64,000 nucleotides of DNA. Source: Candidatus Woesearchaeota archaeon (lineage in GTDB: Archaea; Nanobdellota; Nanobdellia; Woesearchaeales; JABGXB01). The stretch is taken from assembly GCA_018675975.1 (NCBI GenBank), contig JABGXB010000002.1, positions 1 through 64,000 of the forward strand. The letters run 5' to 3'. A model generated the notes under the pieces. That model was not told the DNA's origin, ran no database searches, and was given only the letters and a program-made list of their open reading frames with translations. Position 1 is the stretch's first letter; each line of letters opens with the position of its first letter. Position numbers and translations under genes: made by a program. Below are positions 41,079-52,856 of this stretch, in pieces.

Positions 41079-42944
41079 TTAATCAAAAATTACTGATTTG
41101 TAGTCCACTTCATTTAATATGTATTTATTAATTAAAGATTGAAAATCATCAACTGATTGTGGTGCACCATGAATAACTTGTTCATTTATTAAAATTGTAG
41201 GTGCAGACATAATAGCACTAAGATTATTTTGAATTAATATATTAGATTCATCATTTTCCCACAAGGTTACATTTAAACAAGTATTAAAATCTTCAAAAGT
41301 AATATTAGTTTTTGCACGCACAAAATGCATTTCAGGTATTAATGTATTCATTAAATAACTAAATTGTTTATCCTTATCAGTATATGCCTCAGCTCTTTTA
41401 CTTTCTTTCTTTAATGTTTTTTGTAATTTAAATAATTCATCTTTAAAAAAACTAAAATCCCCACCTAATTTAACAAAACATTTTGCTGCTGGAATCGTAA
41501 TTTTTGTATTTTTGAATTCATCAATAACTAAAAATCTATCATAAAAATGTATTTTATTGACATAATTATCATCTAAATTTAATTCAACATTTTCATAAAA
41601 ACTTTTACAATGTTCACATTCAAAATTAAAATAATTATATACCCTTAATGGACTAGATACATTTCCCCATTCATTTTGATAATAATGATACAAAGGCCAT
41701 TCATATCTTAATCCATAATTATGATATTGTTCTCTTAAAATATATGTGAAATCTGTAGTTTTCAACAGGAAATTTTCAAATACATTAAAATTTGCAGCTT
41801 TCTCTACAGCTTTATCAAAAATATATGCAGGAAAATGTTTTAAATTCATACTACTAATCATAGTTTTTGCTGTATCTGATTCCATATCAATTACTTCAAC
41901 AACTATATTTGGAAAATAAAAATCTTCAATATTTTTAATTACAGATTCATGATCACAAAAAAAACATTTATCAGTTGTAATTACTACTATAGATATTAAA
42001 GGATCTATATCTTTTAAATCCGCAACATCTATTCTTTTATTTAATTGTTGTTTTAAATTAATTTCTGCCAATTTTATTAATCTTAAACGTTCTGCTTGTG
42101 AAATAAATTTATATGTTATATTTTTTTGATTTAATGCACTCAATACTTTTTCTTTAATAGTATCAACATTAGGTTCAACATATTCACCTTCTACTAAAAT
42201 CCAAGGAGTTCCATTAACACCCACATTTTTAGCTTTAATTGAATGATCAAATAATTCTGCTTGCAGTGATGGAGATTCCATACATTTACTAAATTTATCT
42301 TTATCAAAATCAATTCTATCTAATTGTTTTTGAATTAATTCTTCACTAAAATCATATTGATTATTAAACATTCTAGATTTAAATTCTTGTTTTGCAAGTT
42401 CATTATCTCCTAAACAAATAAAATATTCAGCTAATTGTTTTGCAAATTCATGTTGAGCTAAAGGAAATTGAACATATTCTATTTCAATTGCTTCAATAAA
42501 ATTAAATTCAAATTGTTTTAAATCATCATTTAATTCTTTACATGCAGGACATTGAAAGTCAATAAATTCAGTTATTTTAACTCTTTCAATATCATCATCT
42601 AAAATTAATACATAATCTTTAATCCCATCATCAGATTTATTTAGACCAGTTTCATTTCCAATAGTTTGATTAATTGAATTTCCATCAACAATTGGATTTG
42701 TAAATAAATAAATAAAACTAATCAAAATTATAAGAGAAATTACAAATAAACTTTTTTTTAATGTATTTTTATTTTCATTATTGTTTTCATTATTATTATA
42801 ATTATCAATAAATGTACTTTTTTCTTTTACTGGCGTATTTTCTACAGTTTCCTTATTTTCTATATTTTCATCATTATTCTCTAAATCTTCAGATTCATCA
42901 CTTGCTTTATGAAATTTAAAATTTACTTTTGGTTTCTCAGTCAT
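41079..42944 (-). CDS. Membrane-anchored multi-thioredoxin (DsbA-like) protein
   Basis: DFQCPAC, FPL, GVNGTP; further CFFC and CEHC motifs, APT..N; single TM. Confidence 0.82.
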   Translation of the reverse strand: MTEKPKVNFKFHKASDESEDLENNDENIENKETVENTPVKEKSTFIDNYNNNENNNENKNTLKKSLFVISLIILISFIYLFTNPIVDGNSINQTIGNETGLNKSDDGIKDYVLILDDDIERVKITEFIDFQCPACKELNDDLKQFEFNFIEAIEIEYVQFPLAQHEFAKQLAEYFICLGDNELAKQEFKSRMFNNQYDFSEELIQKQLDRIDFDKDKFSKCMESPSLQAELFDHSIKAKNVGVNGTPWILVEGEYVEPNVDTIKEKVLSALNQKNITYKFISQAERLRLIKLAEINLKQQLNKRIDVADLKDIDPLISIVVITTDKCFFCDHESVIKNIEDFYFPNIVVEVIDMESDTAKTMISSMNLKHFPAYIFDKAVEKAANFNVFENFLLKTTDFTYILREQYHNYGLRYEWPLYHYYQNEWGNVSSPLRVYNYFNFECEHCKSFYENVELNLDDNYVNKIHFYDRFLVIDEFKNTKITIPAAKCFVKLGGDFSFFKDELFKLQKTLKKESKRAEAYTDKDKQFSYLMNTLIPEMHFVRAKTNITFEDFNTCLNVTLWENDESNILIQNNLSAIMSAPTILINEQVIHGAPQSVDDFQSLINKYILNEVDYKSVIFD

Positions 42945-43081
42945 AATATACCTCTTATATCTTAAATAATGATTTATATAAATTATTTAAGAGACTTTCT
43001 ATTTTATCCAAACTAAAAAATATATTTTAAAGTCAATAATAATAGCAAATTGTTTATAAATTAATTATAATGTAAAAAAAC

Positions 43082-43993
43082 ATGATAGATTATGATAATA
43101 GAATAATCAAATTTAAAATTTCTATTTATGAACATAATACTTTTTTAATTGATTTATTATTAAAAAAATATGAATTTTATTCAAGGGAAGAATGGGAAAA
43201 TTTTATTGCATTAGGTAATTTGAATATTGATGATAAAATGCAATTAGAAAATATTGCTGTAAAATTAAATCAAGGAATAATATTAAAATTTCCAAATTCA
43301 TATGAACCTAAAGTAAATAAAAATTATTCGATTTTTTATGAAGATGAATTTCTTTTAATAATTAATAAACCAAGTAATTTACCAATGCATCCAACTGGAA
43401 GATATCATGGTAATACATTAATTAATTTATTAAAAAAAAAATATGATGAAAATTTATGGATTGTAAATAGATTAGATAGAGATACTAGTGGACTTTGTAT
43501 TATTGCAAAAGAAAAAAATGTTTTAACAAATTTACAAGAACAGTTTTTATGGAATAAAGTTAAAAAAAAATATAATTTAATTGTAATTGGAGAAATTAAT
43601 AATAAAGAATTTACAATTAATAAAAGATTAAAAGATATAAATTCAAAAACAACTAATAAAAAAACTATTATTGATCCCTATGGAAAAGAAGCTGAAACAT
43701 ATTTTGAAGTTGTTGAAACTAATAAATTTACAATACATGAAGGAAATATTAAATATCAATATCCATTTACTGTATTAAATGCATATCCTAAACAAGGGCG
43801 AACTCATCAAATTCGCGTTCACATTAGTTCCGTTGGTTATCCAATATTAAATGATAAAATTTATTCTAAAAATTTTTGTATATTAAATGAACAAATGTAT
43901 TTAAAATGTACATATATGAAATTTGAACATCCAAAAAAAGGAAATGTTGAATTTAAAATTCCTGATTTTGAATATACAGACTTACAATTTTAA
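43082..43993 (+). CDS. RluA-family pseudouridine synthase
   Basis: INKPSNLPMHP, NRLDRDTSG, GRTHQIRVH, ILNDKIY. Confidence 0.92.
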   Translation: MIDYDNRIIKFKISIYEHNTFLIDLLLKKYEFYSREEWENFIALGNLNIDDKMQLENIAVKLNQGIILKFPNSYEPKVNKNYSIFYEDEFLLIINKPSNLPMHPTGRYHGNTLINLLKKKYDENLWIVNRLDRDTSGLCIIAKEKNVLTNLQEQFLWNKVKKKYNLIVIGEINNKEFTINKRLKDINSKTTNKKTIIDPYGKEAETYFEVVETNKFTIHEGNIKYQYPFTVLNAYPKQGRTHQIRVHISSVGYPILNDKIYSKNFCILNEQMYLKCTYMKFEHPKKGNVEFKIPDFEYTDLQF

Positions 43994-43994
43994 A

Positions 43995-45626
43995 ATGGAA
44001 AATAATAATAATAATAATAATATAGACGGACAAATAATAGGTGGAGATTTTACTGCAATTAAAGTTAGACAAAAATCAAAAACTAATTTTGAAATTGGTG
44101 AGCTATTAATTTGTGAAGTTGAAAATAAAAAAATAATATATAGAATTTTTGATTTATCATTTAGTTCACAAATTAGTGATCAAAATTTAGAATTAATATC
44201 AGGACTTAATTTAGAAAAAGATATTGATCATAATATTATTGAAAATGATTTGCGGAATTATATTACAGCAGATCTTCAAGCATTAATTGTTATAGAAGGT
44301 GATGGGAAATCACATGTTTGTAAAGTAATGCCATCAATGTTTAATTATATAAGACGTGTTTGTGAAAATGATTTTGATTTTTTTTCAAAAGAATCACATT
44401 ATGATTCAATTAAATTTGGAAATTTAAGAACTGGATCTAAAGAATTAAATGTACCAATTTATTTAGATGGTAAAGATGTTTATTCACATCACATTTTAAT
44501 AACAGCAACAACTGGAAAAGGTAAAAGTAATTTAGTTAAAAATTTATTATTTGATTCCTTAGATAAAACATTTGTTTCAAATTTAGTTTTAGATCCACAC
44601 AATGAATACTTTGGTGCAACATCACTAGGCCTAAAAGATCATAATATGGCTAAAACTTATTTGAAATTTTATTCTAATAATAAAGTAAATTATAATATAA
44701 ATGCAAATAGCCTGAAAATAAATTTAAAATTAATACAACCATTACATCTAAGAGGAGTAATTACTTTATCAGATGCACAATGGGAAGCAATTCAATTAAT
44801 TTATTCTAATTACAAAGAAAACTGGATTAATGAAATCTATCACGAAGATTCAATAAGGGCATTTTTATTAAAAAGTAAAATTCAAGAAGATACATACAAA
44901 GTAATTGTAAGAAAGTTTACCAATTTATTTTCATGTTATTATAAAAATGATAAATTATATTCTAAAGGAATTTTTAGTATTGGAGAAATTGAAGGCTTAA
45001 GTTTTATTTCAGATATAGTTAATCACATTGAAAATAATAATACAATTATTATTGACACATCTTCAGTTGCAAGTGCAGTTGAAATATTAATAGGTTCTTT
45101 AGTGGTTAGTGAAATATTTTCCAAATACAAATCATATAAAATGTTAGGGGAATTAGACAATAAACCATTAGTAAATATTATCCTTGAAGAAGCTCCAAGA
45201 GTAATTGGTAATGAAGCATTAAAAAAAGGATCTAATATTTTTGATACAATTGCAAGAGAAGGAAGAAAATTTAAAGTTGGATTAACTGCAATCACTCAAT
45301 TACCAAGTTTAATTCCAAAAACAATTTTAGCAAATATGAATACTAAAATTATAATGGGAACTGAAAATCATGGAGAAAGACAAGCTATTGTTGATTCTGC
45401 AGCTCATGATTTAAGTAAAGATGGAAGAAGTATAGCATCATTAGATAGAGGTGAAGCAATCTTATCAAGTAATTTTGCAAAATTTGCAATTCCCATTAAA
45501 ATTCCATTTATTGATACAATAATCAAACAATCCAAAGAAAAAATAGAAAAAGAAAAAACAAATATATATACTAATCATAAAATAGATGAAGTCAAAAAGA
45601 GTTTCTCCGGTATTGATTTAGATTAG
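43995..45626 (+). CDS. HerA-family (DUF87) ATPase/helicase
   Basis: HILITATTGKGKS, LDPHNEY, LEEAPR, AREGRKF, ITQLPS; ATG at 43995 directly after the rluA stop. Confidence 0.88.
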   Translation: MENNNNNNNIDGQIIGGDFTAIKVRQKSKTNFEIGELLICEVENKKIIYRIFDLSFSSQISDQNLELISGLNLEKDIDHNIIENDLRNYITADLQALIVIEGDGKSHVCKVMPSMFNYIRRVCENDFDFFSKESHYDSIKFGNLRTGSKELNVPIYLDGKDVYSHHILITATTGKGKSNLVKNLLFDSLDKTFVSNLVLDPHNEYFGATSLGLKDHNMAKTYLKFYSNNKVNYNINANSLKINLKLIQPLHLRGVITLSDAQWEAIQLIYSNYKENWINEIYHEDSIRAFLLKSKIQEDTYKVIVRKFTNLFSCYYKNDKLYSKGIFSIGEIEGLSFISDIVNHIENNNTIIIDTSSVASAVEILIGSLVVSEIFSKYKSYKMLGELDNKPLVNIILEEAPRVIGNEALKKGSNIFDTIAREGRKFKVGLTAITQLPSLIPKTILANMNTKIIMGTENHGERQAIVDSAAHDLSKDGRSIASLDRGEAILSSNFAKFAIPIKIPFIDTIIKQSKEKIEKEKTNIYTNHKIDEVKKSFSGIDLD

Positions 45627-45803
45627 TATAGATGCAATACCTAATAATTTATTATTAAAACCAAATTAAAACGTTAAATTTGATAAAAACCATTAAAAAA
45701 TAAATACCCAACGTTATAACATTTCATTAAAAATATAATAATATACAGACTAATTACATTTACTAGGAAATAAAAAAAACTAGAGCATAAAACAATATAT
45801 TAA

Positions 45804-46020
45804 GGACTCGATTGATGTCATCGTAATCGGATATCAAAGTAAAGAAAAGTAAGCAATATATATCAAGGGAAGTGCTAGGATATAAAATTGTTATAGGTTC
45901 TGAAAAGAGCACAGCCAAAAAATTTAACATAGATAGTATGTTAAAAACTTAACGTCAGAACTTGAGGAAGAGCGATCGAAAATCGAACCCTATTTTTTAT
46001 TTTTTTTATCTTTTTTTTAT
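45804..46020 (+). ncRNA. Candidate structured non-coding RNA with U-rich terminator
   Basis: GC-enriched intergenic segment with nested stems TCGATT/AATCGA, TAGGTTCTGA/TCAGAACTTG and TTTAACATA/TATGTTAAA, followed by long T tracts. Confidence 0.4.
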
Positions 46021-46191
46021 AAAAGATAATTTATAATCAAACATTTGAAGAGATTAAGGCATTCTATGGCCCCTAAAGGGGTCATATTCTTTTTCTTATT
46101 GACCAATATGTGACAGAAATAAAGATTAAATCAATTATTATTTTATTAAACAAAAAAATATTAATTATTATATATACTTAAATGTCACAAA

Positions 46192-48180
46192 ATGAAAACT
46201 GATCCTTTTACAAATAAACCGTTAAGAAATTTACATCCATTAATTAAAAATAAAAAATTTGAATATGAACCATTAATTGATGAAAGAAAATTATATGATG
46301 GTGAACCTTTTTTTCACCATGGACATTTAGCAACTACAAAAGATATTGGTAAAACAGTAGTTGATCACGGTGCTGAAAAAAATATGATTTCTGCTATCGA
46401 AAATGCAGCAAAACAAGGTGCAAGATCAATAGAATTAACACCGAATGCTTCAGGACAAGCACCAGGTCAAGGAATTGAATCAATAGGAACTGAACATAGA
46501 AAACAAATATCAGATTTTACAAAATTAAATAAAATGTGTGTAACGGGAGTTCATGTAAATCCATCACAAGTTGGAAATTTATCTGGTTTTAATCCACAAG
46601 ATAAAACATTTAGTGAAAAATATAGAAATTATCAATTAAGCGAAATAAAAAAAGGTATTGATTTTAATTCCGACATTCAAGGAGGAGGAGTTGTTTTTCA
46701 TACAAATGAATTTGCAAGACATAATTGGTCTGAACTTGACAATTTAGGAAATGATATAGAATTTGTACCACAAGGTCAAGATAAACAAAATTCAGATTTT
46801 ATAATTGTAGATAAAAGAACAGAACAAGCACAAACAGTTCCACAGAATTATGAATTTAATGATATAGATATAAAAAGATCAAATGATTTTAAACAACCAT
46901 TTGAAGTAAAAATAGAAAAAAAAAATTGGAATGAATTAAAAAAAGATTTTAATCAAAAAGAATTAGAAAAAGAATTAAATAAAAAATTCCAGAATGAAGA
47001 AAAAATAATTGATCCAAGTTTTTCACAATCCATATTATTTAATTTGAAAAAAAATGAAATCAATACTATCAATTCTCAATTAGAATATACAGAATTTAAA
47101 TTAAAACAATTAAGTACACAAAAAAATGAATTTAAAAAATTACATGAAGCAAATTTACAAGTTGAAACAAAATTAACTAAAGAAGAAAATAAAAGAATGA
47201 AAAAAATATATCCTGATTTAGAATTTCTAGGAGAAATTAGTGAATCTGAATATTATAATTATAAATTAAAAGAAGCAACAGTAATGTTATCAGATACTGA
47301 ACAAAAATATGGCGAGTCACATATACAAAAAAAAAGAATTTTTGAAGATATAAATAATGTAAAAAGTGGAGAAGAATTTGGATTTGAAAAGTCAGTAAAT
47401 TCTTTAGTGGATTTAGCAAAATATGCAAAGAAAAAAACTGATGAAAATAAAAATATTGAAAAACCAATTTTTTTAGCACCAGAAAATATTTTTCCAGATA
47501 ATGGTTTTGGGGCACACCCTCAAGAAATGAAAAAATTGATTATTGCAGCAAGACAAAAATTTACAAATGAATTATTAAAATCAGGTAAATGTAAAAATTA
47601 TAAGGAAGCATTCAAAAAAGCAAAACAACATATTCGTTCAACATTCGATACACAACATATGGGTATGTGGTTTGCAAATATGAAAGATAAACCAAATGAA
47701 ACATCAAAACAGAAAATTAAACGTTTTAAAAAATGGTATATTGATCAAGTAAAAGATACAAGTAAAGAAGATATGTATGGGGGGATGCACATTGTTGACG
47801 GTTTTACGGGACATACACATGTAGATTTAGGACAAGGAATTCACCCAATAAAAGAAGCAGTAAAAATAATTTCAAATAATACAGAAGGTTTTCTAGCATT
47901 AAATAGTGAAGCATATGAAGGTGGAGATATGCTAGAAAAAGTTTGGGATTTTTTTGCAATGCCAATGAGAGCACCAAAAACTGGAATTGAAGCAGATGCA
48001 TTTGCTAAATCAGCATCCATGTCTACAATAGATTCTGCGTTTGCAGGAATTCAAATGCATAATGATGCAAAAATTGTAAAAACAAATTCAACACCAACAA
48101 TGTATAATTCGAGTAAATCACATCCTCAAGAAACTGATATGAATCAAATTCAAAATTGGGATGGACTTCCATTAGAATAA
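46192..48180 (+). CDS. DPANN-type xylose-isomerase/EndoIV-like TIM-barrel protein with coiled-coil insertion
   Basis: IELT, GVH, VVFH, APENIFP, TFDTQH, MHIVD, HTH..LGQG, NSE metal-ligand pattern. Confidence 0.75.
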   Translation: MKTDPFTNKPLRNLHPLIKNKKFEYEPLIDERKLYDGEPFFHHGHLATTKDIGKTVVDHGAEKNMISAIENAAKQGARSIELTPNASGQAPGQGIESIGTEHRKQISDFTKLNKMCVTGVHVNPSQVGNLSGFNPQDKTFSEKYRNYQLSEIKKGIDFNSDIQGGGVVFHTNEFARHNWSELDNLGNDIEFVPQGQDKQNSDFIIVDKRTEQAQTVPQNYEFNDIDIKRSNDFKQPFEVKIEKKNWNELKKDFNQKELEKELNKKFQNEEKIIDPSFSQSILFNLKKNEINTINSQLEYTEFKLKQLSTQKNEFKKLHEANLQVETKLTKEENKRMKKIYPDLEFLGEISESEYYNYKLKEATVMLSDTEQKYGESHIQKKRIFEDINNVKSGEEFGFEKSVNSLVDLAKYAKKKTDENKNIEKPIFLAPENIFPDNGFGAHPQEMKKLIIAARQKFTNELLKSGKCKNYKEAFKKAKQHIRSTFDTQHMGMWFANMKDKPNETSKQKIKRFKKWYIDQVKDTSKEDMYGGMHIVDGFTGHTHVDLGQGIHPIKEAVKIISNNTEGFLALNSEAYEGGDMLEKVWDFFAMPMRAPKTGIEADAFAKSASMSTIDSAFAGIQMHNDAKIVKTNSTPTMYNSSKSHPQETDMNQIQNWDGLPLE

Positions 48181-48234
48181 TAATATAGTTTAAACCACAT
48201 ATATTTTTAAATAAAAATTAAAAAAAAATCAATT

Positions 48235-48675
48235 ATGTTATTAGAAAATATGTTATTAGAAAAAAATGATATTCAGTTATTTTCAAAAGAAATATTAAAT
48301 TTTATTGAAGAACAAAAAATAGGTAGAATCTCAGATTTAAACAAATTGATAGAAGCAGATAAAAAACGCTATGAATTGGATAAAGATCAACATTTTATAG
48401 AATTATCAACATCAGATAAAAAATATTCAATAGTATTTAACCTTTCTTATATAATTACAGATTGTGGAGTACCATTTGAATTAAAATTTAATCCTGAATT
48501 AAACTATACCATTACTTGTCTAAAATCAATTTATATTTTTGATGGTTTTAATAAATTTAATGTGGGTGGAATGCCAATGGTAGATGAATCTGGAAATTTC
48601 TTTCAATCAAAAGAAATACCTACAATTCAAATTCCAGCAATTAAACAAGAGTTAGAACTTTTTTACCAATTATAG
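48235..48675 (+). CDS. Hypothetical protein
   Basis: 146-aa ORF filling the intergenic space. Confidence 0.55.
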   Translation: MLLENMLLEKNDIQLFSKEILNFIEEQKIGRISDLNKLIEADKKRYELDKDQHFIELSTSDKKYSIVFNLSYIITDCGVPFELKFNPELNYTITCLKSIYIFDGFNKFNVGGMPMVDESGNFFQSKEIPTIQIPAIKQELELFYQL

Positions 48676-48801
48676 TATCATTAGAATAATTATTATCTAA
48701 TATTCATATAACATACGATATGTTTATAAAACAAATTTACTCATTCTATAATAAGAAAGTATGCAATTAGCATTATTCTAATTATGAAAAAGAGGATTAA
48801 A

Positions 48802-49374
48802 ATGGCTGTTAAAAAAAAAGTTTCGAAAAGATCAGGCAGATCAAGTAGAAAAAAAGCACCAGCGAAAAGAAGTTCAGCTAGGGTTTCAAAAAAAGCTCCA
48901 GCAAGAAAAGCTGTGTCAAAAAGTTCAAAATCAAGAGCTAAACCACCTGCAAGAAAAAGCAGTAAACCGGCTTCACCAAGTAATGGATATGAAGTAGGAG
49001 CATTAGCACTAAGATTAGGTTTAGGAGTTTACTTTTTATGGGTAGGCCTTTTATTAGCATTAAATAATGGATTTCAAGAATTCTTTAGTTCAGTTCTTGC
49101 AAGTTTAAATGCGTCACCAACATTATTTCAATTAGCATTTATCGTACACTTAGTATTAGGGTTTTGTTTAATTCTTGGATTATTTACAAGATATGCAGGT
49201 TTATTGGCATCAATAATAACCTTAGTGGCATTATTTACTGCTTGGGACGGTGTGACTTCACTTTTAACAGGTGCAGGCATTGTTTACATGATTAAAAATC
49301 TTGTAATAATCGTTGCTGGTTTTAGTTTATATAAAACAGGTAGTAAAGAAATGAGCGTTGACTACGCTCTTTAA
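48802..49374 (+). CDS. DoxX-family membrane protein with basic H1-like N-terminal tail
   Basis: LRLGLG...GLFTRYA...KNL DoxX pattern; KKAPAKR/KKAPARK repeats; SD GAGGA before ATG 48802. Confidence 0.8.
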   Translation: MAVKKKVSKRSGRSSRKKAPAKRSSARVSKKAPARKAVSKSSKSRAKPPARKSSKPASPSNGYEVGALALRLGLGVYFLWVGLLLALNNGFQEFFSSVLASLNASPTLFQLAFIVHLVLGFCLILGLFTRYAGLLASIITLVALFTAWDGVTSLLTGAGIVYMIKNLVIIVAGFSLYKTGSKEMSVDYAL

Positions 49375-49454
49375 TTTTTTATTTTTTTTTACAATTAACT
49401 AATTCTAAAATATATATAGAAAAACATTATAAAGATCATTATAATTAACTAAAT

Positions 49455-50267
49455 ATGATACAAGAGCAAGTATATGAGCTAATTATGAAAGAAGATGATA
49501 TATCTTGGCAAGGTATGTTATATGATTTAGTTAGACAAGAGGAAATGGATCCTTGGAATATTGATATAGCAAAATTATGTGATAAATTTGTTAAAAATGT
49601 ATTAAAATTAAAAGAAACAAATTTAATGGTTTCTGGAAAAATTGTTTATGCTTGTGCACTTTTACTTAAAATTAAATCAAAATATTTACTTGAAAACGGC
49701 CTTAAAGGATTAGATAATTTATTTGACAATATTAATGGAACAAATGAAACATATGAAGAAGATGATTCAGAAATTGATAATACAAATAAAATAAGAGCAA
49801 AAGAAATTCAAAAAAAATTATTTCCAAGAACTCCACAACCAAGAGAAAGAAGAGTTAGTATTTATGATCTAATTGATGCACTTGGTAAAACTTTAGAAGT
49901 TAAAAATAAATTTATGCATAAAATAATTCCAAAAGTTAAAAGAGTACATATTCCATTAAAAAAAATGGATATTTCATTATTAATAAAAGATGTTTATAGA
50001 AAAATAAGAAATAATAATGATGAAAAATTAAACTTTTCACAATTATTACCAGAAAATGAATTTGCAACTAAAAAAGATAAAATATTTACATTCATGCCAT
50101 TATTACATTTACATAATTTAAGAAAAATACATTTGATTCAAAAAAAAGATCAAAATAATGATTTTGAAGTTTTACATTTAAGAAAAGGAATTAATGCACC
50201 TGAAGAAGAATATGAAATATTTAGTGAAAAACAACAAAAATTAAAAATAAATGTAACTAATAAGTAA
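49455..50267 (+). CDS. scpA: Segregation and condensation protein A
   Basis: MDPWNIDI, ALLLKIKS, VSIYDLIDAL, TFMPLLHL. Confidence 0.88.
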   Translation: MIQEQVYELIMKEDDISWQGMLYDLVRQEEMDPWNIDIAKLCDKFVKNVLKLKETNLMVSGKIVYACALLLKIKSKYLLENGLKGLDNLFDNINGTNETYEEDDSEIDNTNKIRAKEIQKKLFPRTPQPRERRVSIYDLIDALGKTLEVKNKFMHKIIPKVKRVHIPLKKMDISLLIKDVYRKIRNNNDEKLNFSQLLPENEFATKKDKIFTFMPLLHLHNLRKIHLIQKKDQNNDFEVLHLRKGINAPEEEYEIFSEKQQKLKINVTNK

Positions 50268-50312
50268 TAACAAAAACAAACAATTATAAATATTAATTGA
50301 ATTCTACACCGT

Positions 50313-51074
50313 ATGATATTAGAAAGAATTTTAGCGTTTTGTAACAAAATTCAAAAAAATGAAAAATCCAGAAATTTTGTCGAAAGAATAGAAAAAGATC
50401 TGCACACATTAATTTATGGTAAAGGCTATTCTAAAATAGGAGCTTTCGAGGAAAAATTTATATCAGATAATTATGGTAAACATAAAATGTTAGATGAATT
50501 TTTAACAAATAAACAAACTGGGAATCAATATAAAAAAGGTGAATATATTACTAATAGAGATTTTACAATGGCAGAACAACATATTATACAATATTATCCA
50601 GAATATTTTAAAAATGCAGAATCAATTAATGGAGTAAAACAAGCAGATATATTTTTATATGGAGATTTAAAATTAAAAGTTTCAGATAAATTTGACTTTG
50701 GAGATTCAATTTCAATGCATAAGTCAGACGGTGAAATAATTTTAACTAATGAAGTTGAAACTGAAGATTATATTACATTTCCAAATAGTTTTCTAACTGA
50801 AAATTTAAACATTGTAATTACTGGAGCTAGAAACGTAAGTGGAAAAGTATGCAATCCAGGATTTATACAATCAACAGAAAATATAGATATTGAAATAACT
50901 AAACCATTTAGTATAGAAATAAATACATATAAACATGAACAAGAATTAGACCTAAAAGGATTTGAATATGATTCATTATATAGAGTATATAGACCAATAG
51001 GTGAAAAAATGGTATTTGAAGTTATTCGATTAAATAGTGATAGTGGTAAAATTAAAGTTAGAAAATCATATTAA
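50313..51074 (+). CDS. Hypothetical protein
   Basis: 253-aa ORF with typical codon composition. Confidence 0.6.
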   Translation: MILERILAFCNKIQKNEKSRNFVERIEKDLHTLIYGKGYSKIGAFEEKFISDNYGKHKMLDEFLTNKQTGNQYKKGEYITNRDFTMAEQHIIQYYPEYFKNAESINGVKQADIFLYGDLKLKVSDKFDFGDSISMHKSDGEIILTNEVETEDYITFPNSFLTENLNIVITGARNVSGKVCNPGFIQSTENIDIEITKPFSIEINTYKHEQELDLKGFEYDSLYRVYRPIGEKMVFEVIRLNSDSGKIKVRKSY

Positions 51075-51097
51075 TAATTAAAATAATTATTCAAACG

Positions 51098-51111
51098 AAA
51101 AGTTTTATAAA
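51098..51111 (+). promoter_or_regulatory. Putative BRE/TATA promoter of the rRNA operon
   Basis: AAAAGTTTTATAAA about 230 nt upstream of 16S and upstream of the processing stem. Confidence 0.5.
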
Positions 51112-51332
51112 CAGGAGGATTTCTCAAAACTATACCAATTGCCTCCAACACTAAATGTGTTATTTAAATAAAATAAATATTTACTATTTATTTGTATTAA
51201 AAATATTCAATTTTTAATTTGTAAGTGAATGATATAAAACAGAATCTTTGTGATGACGTTTTATATTGTGCAAAGTCAATTCTAATAAGTTAAAATAATG
51301 CGATTGTACTTCAAGGATCTTTAAAAAATTAG

Positions 51333-52808
<1,476 letters not shown>

Positions 52809-52856
52809 TTTTTTATTTTATATCATTCACTTACTTTTTTCATTTATATTCAGAAC

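Noticed and set aside
43923..43994. N-terminal extension of HerA from a TTG
   Set aside because: Overlaps rluA; the ATG at 43995 immediately after the rluA stop is more plausible
45827..45952. 41-codon stop-free frame (SDIKVKK...SMLKT) inside the ncRNA candidate
   Set aside because: Preceded by an in-frame TAA, with no start/SD at its 5' end and no recognisable motif; cannot be excluded but is unsupported
45975..45990. GGGTTCGAT on the minus strand resembling a tRNA T-arm
   Set aside because: No closing T-stem, acceptor stem or anticodon arm can be formed
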